1,349 nucleotides of DNA. It comes from a phage. Numbering within the stretch: position 1 is the first letter of the stretch; each line of letters opens with the position of its first letter. Below are positions 1 through 1,349 of the stretch, piece by piece. The position numbers and the translations under genes were made by a program. The notes under the pieces are model-generated. The model made no database searches. It saw only the letters and a program-made list of their open reading frames with translations, and was not told where the DNA came from. Where the stretch lies: sequence record AF017622.1, one strand, 5' to 3'.

Positions 1-165
1 ATGTTACGCCACATGGGTTGGACCGAAGCCGCAGACCTGATTGTTAAAGGTATGGAAGGCGCAATCAATGCCAAGACCGTAACCTATGACTTCGAACGTC
101 TGATGGAAGGCGCTAAACTGCTGAAATGTTCAGAGTTTGGTGATGCGATCATCAAGAATATGTAA
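1..165 (+). CDS. icd: 3' end of isocitrate dehydrogenase (NADP-dependent), partial at 5' end; last 54 codons plus TAA stop at 163-165
   Basis: Frame 1 translates without stops to [54 protein letters not shown], which matches the C-terminus of enterobacterial Icd as I recall it. The ATG at 1-3 is an internal Met codon, not a start. This ORF is absent from the supplied track because it is short. Confidence 0.9.
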   Translation: MLRHMGWTEAADLIVKGMEGAINAKTVTYDFERLMEGAKLLKCSEFGDAIIKNM

Positions 166-188
166 TCACTACATGTGTTAAATATTTA

Positions 189-216
189 AACGGGCGTATA
201 ACACGCCCGTTGTTTT
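189..216 (+). terminator. Rho-independent terminator downstream of icd
   Basis: Perfect 9-bp stem, 189-197 AACGGGCGT pairing with 203-211 ACGCCCGTT, around a 5-nt loop (ATAAC), followed by GTTTT at 212-216. It lies 24 nt after the icd stop codon. Confidence 0.65.
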
Positions 217-232
217 ATGATGATGTAAAATC

Positions 233-268
233 TTCCCCAAAACTTTCCCCAAAACCCTTCCCCAAAAC
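233..268. repeat. Three direct repeats of TTCCCCAAAAC (233-243, 245-255, 258-268); candidate arm-type integrase binding sites of the attachment region
   Basis: Three exact 11-bp copies spaced 12 and 13 bp apart, read directly from the sequence. They sit between the icd terminator and the integrase stop codon, where arm-type sites of lambda-family att sites usually lie. The binding role is inferred. Confidence 0.45.
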
Positions 269-278
269 TGGCTATTTT

Positions 279-1349
279 CTATGCTGTTTTGATATCTACG
301 ATAATCCAGTCTTTACCACGATCATCATTGTATCGGTCGGTCATTTTTCTGGATTTATGGCCTAACAACTTTTGCGTATCCAGACCCTGTTCCCGATATA
401 ACCGTTCTGAGAGAGATCGCTGCTCATGAAATGTGGGCGCAGTTCCTTGCTCCCATTTTATGCCACATTTTTCCCTGGCCTTTTTAAAAGCCGTTGTCAG
501 AGTATTTGCAGAAACCTGGTCTCCTCTGTTTGCTTGAGAGGTAGTGTGACGGTAATGGACCAGATATTTACTAACAACAGCATCCCTGCACTGAGATATA
601 ACTTCACGAAGGGTAATATTCAGAGCATCGCATTTCAGGTTAAGCGGAATAGCAAGTTTTGAACCGGTTTTTTCCTGAGTAATGTGCAACATGTCGTCCC
701 AGATATCAGAGAATTTGAAATTGCAGATATCACCTAAACGTTGTCCAGTAACAAGAGCAAGTAGCATGCCGCATTTTAAATAGGGCTGCCGTCTGCTTAC
801 GCTTTCAAATATTGCCTGCCATTCGGGCAGTGACAATCTTTGGCGGTTTACTCGATTTCGCGGTTGTTTTGTTGCCTGCGCTGGGTTAAATCCTGGCGGA
901 ACATGTCCTGCGTGTTGTGCTTCTTTGAAGACGTCGATCAACACCATTCTCACGACTTGCGCCATCCTGTTATGACCTTCAGCCTTTACAGCATCAATTA
1001 TTTCGGCAATATCAAGTGCGGTAATATCCTTGAGGTGTTGCATTCCACAATGCTCACGGAAAAGACGAATGGGTTTGCCTTTTTGCCGATAGGAGTTGGG
1101 TCTTAGTTCATTATGTTGCAGCCTGTCCTCCTGGATAGAAATATATTTATCAAGCCATTCTGTCACCGTAATGTCTGAGCGCCTGCCTTTCATTCTTTCC
1201 AGACGCTCATTGACGCTTAATATTTGTCGGGTACGTTGTTCAGCAATAATGGTATTTGCTTCAGTAGCAACTTGTTTTGCTTCATTCTCATCAGTTCCTA
1301 AGCTATGAAAACGACCGGATAGTGGATGTTTGTATTGCCAATATACCTT
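279..1349 (-). CDS. int: Phage-type tyrosine recombinase / site-specific integrase (lambda Int family), 5' end beyond the window
   Basis: The minus-strand frame is open from the window edge at 1349 to the TAG stop at 279-281 (356 codons in window). The supplied ORF (279..1193) starts at an internal Met; the 52 codons upstream in frame read KVYWQYKHPLSGRFHSLGTDENEAKQVATEANTIIAEQRTRQILSVNERLER with no stop, resembling an N-terminal arm-binding domain. Catalytic motifs are present: TGQRLGD (Arg codon 738-740), HEQR (His 426-428, Arg 417-419), LLGHK (His 357-359) and DRYNDD (Tyr codon 330-332). From memory it resembles e14 IntE-type integrases but is not identical. Confidence 0.9.
   Translation of the reverse strand, partial: KVYWQYKHPLSGRFHSLGTDENEAKQVATEANTIIAEQRTRQILSVNERLERMKGRRSDITVTEWLDKYISIQEDRLQHNELRPNSYRQKGKPIRLFREHCGMQHLKDITALDIAEIIDAVKAEGHNRMAQVVRMVLIDVFKEAQHAGHVPPGFNPAQATKQPRNRVNRQRLSLPEWQAIFESVSRRQPYLKCGMLLALVTGQRLGDICNFKFSDIWDDMLHITQEKTGSKLAIPLNLKCDALNITLREVISQCRDAVVSKYLVHYRHTTSQANRGDQVSANTLTTAFKKAREKCGIKWEQGTAPTFHEQRSLSERLYREQGLDTQKLLGHKSRKMTDRYNDDRGKDWIIVDIKTA

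Larger units (their letters stand above)
1..1349. mobile_element. Left end of an integrative element (prophage or genomic island) inserted in the icd 3' end; attL-like junction, element continues past 1349
   Basis: A variant icd 3' end, candidate arm repeats and an inward-facing integrase occur together, matching the known architecture of e14 and phage 21 insertions at icd. GC drops from about 52% in 1-60 to about 38% in 301-360 by hand count. Confidence 0.7.

Noticed and set aside
1-3. ATG at the window start as a gene start
   Set aside because: It is the internal Met codon of the MLRHMGW motif of Icd; the gene begins upstream of the window.
148-160. Possible IHF site around ATCAAGAATATGT at the end of icd
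   Set aside because: ATCAA is present but the downstream TTR of the WATCAANNNNTTR consensus is not, and the stretch is inside coding sequence.
233-268. Possible CRISPR array suggested by the spaced direct repeats
   Set aside because: The repeats are only 11 bp with 1-2 bp spacers and only three copies. This is far from CRISPR geometry; an arm-type binding-site array fits better.
426-662. Plus-strand ORF of 78 aa
   Set aside because: It lies entirely antisense within the integrase gene, its translation is low-complexity and Cys/Phe-rich with no recognisable motif. A spurious frame.
840-1106. Plus-strand ORF of 88 aa
   Set aside because: It lies entirely antisense within the integrase coding region, with no recognisable domain or plausible ribosome-binding context.
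1096-1308. Plus-strand ORF of 70 aa
   Set aside because: It is antisense to the integrase N-terminal region and Ser/Cys/Leu-rich, typical of a spurious frame opposite a real gene.

Overview
This window looks like the left attachment junction of an integrative element (prophage or island) inserted in the 3' end of icd (isocitrate dehydrogenase), the site used by e14 and phage 21 in E. coli. It holds, in order: the last 54 codons of icd (1-165, +), a hairpin terminator (189-216), three direct repeats of TTCCCCAAAAC (233-268) that I interpret as integrase arm-type sites, and a lambda-family tyrosine integrase on the minus strand (279 to the window edge, N-terminus cut off). The integrase has its catalytic residues intact and the intergenic region and integrase are noticeably more AT-rich than the icd segment. 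I see no novel system inside the window itself; any cargo would lie past coordinate 1349. All homology statements are from reading the translations and from memory, not from a search.
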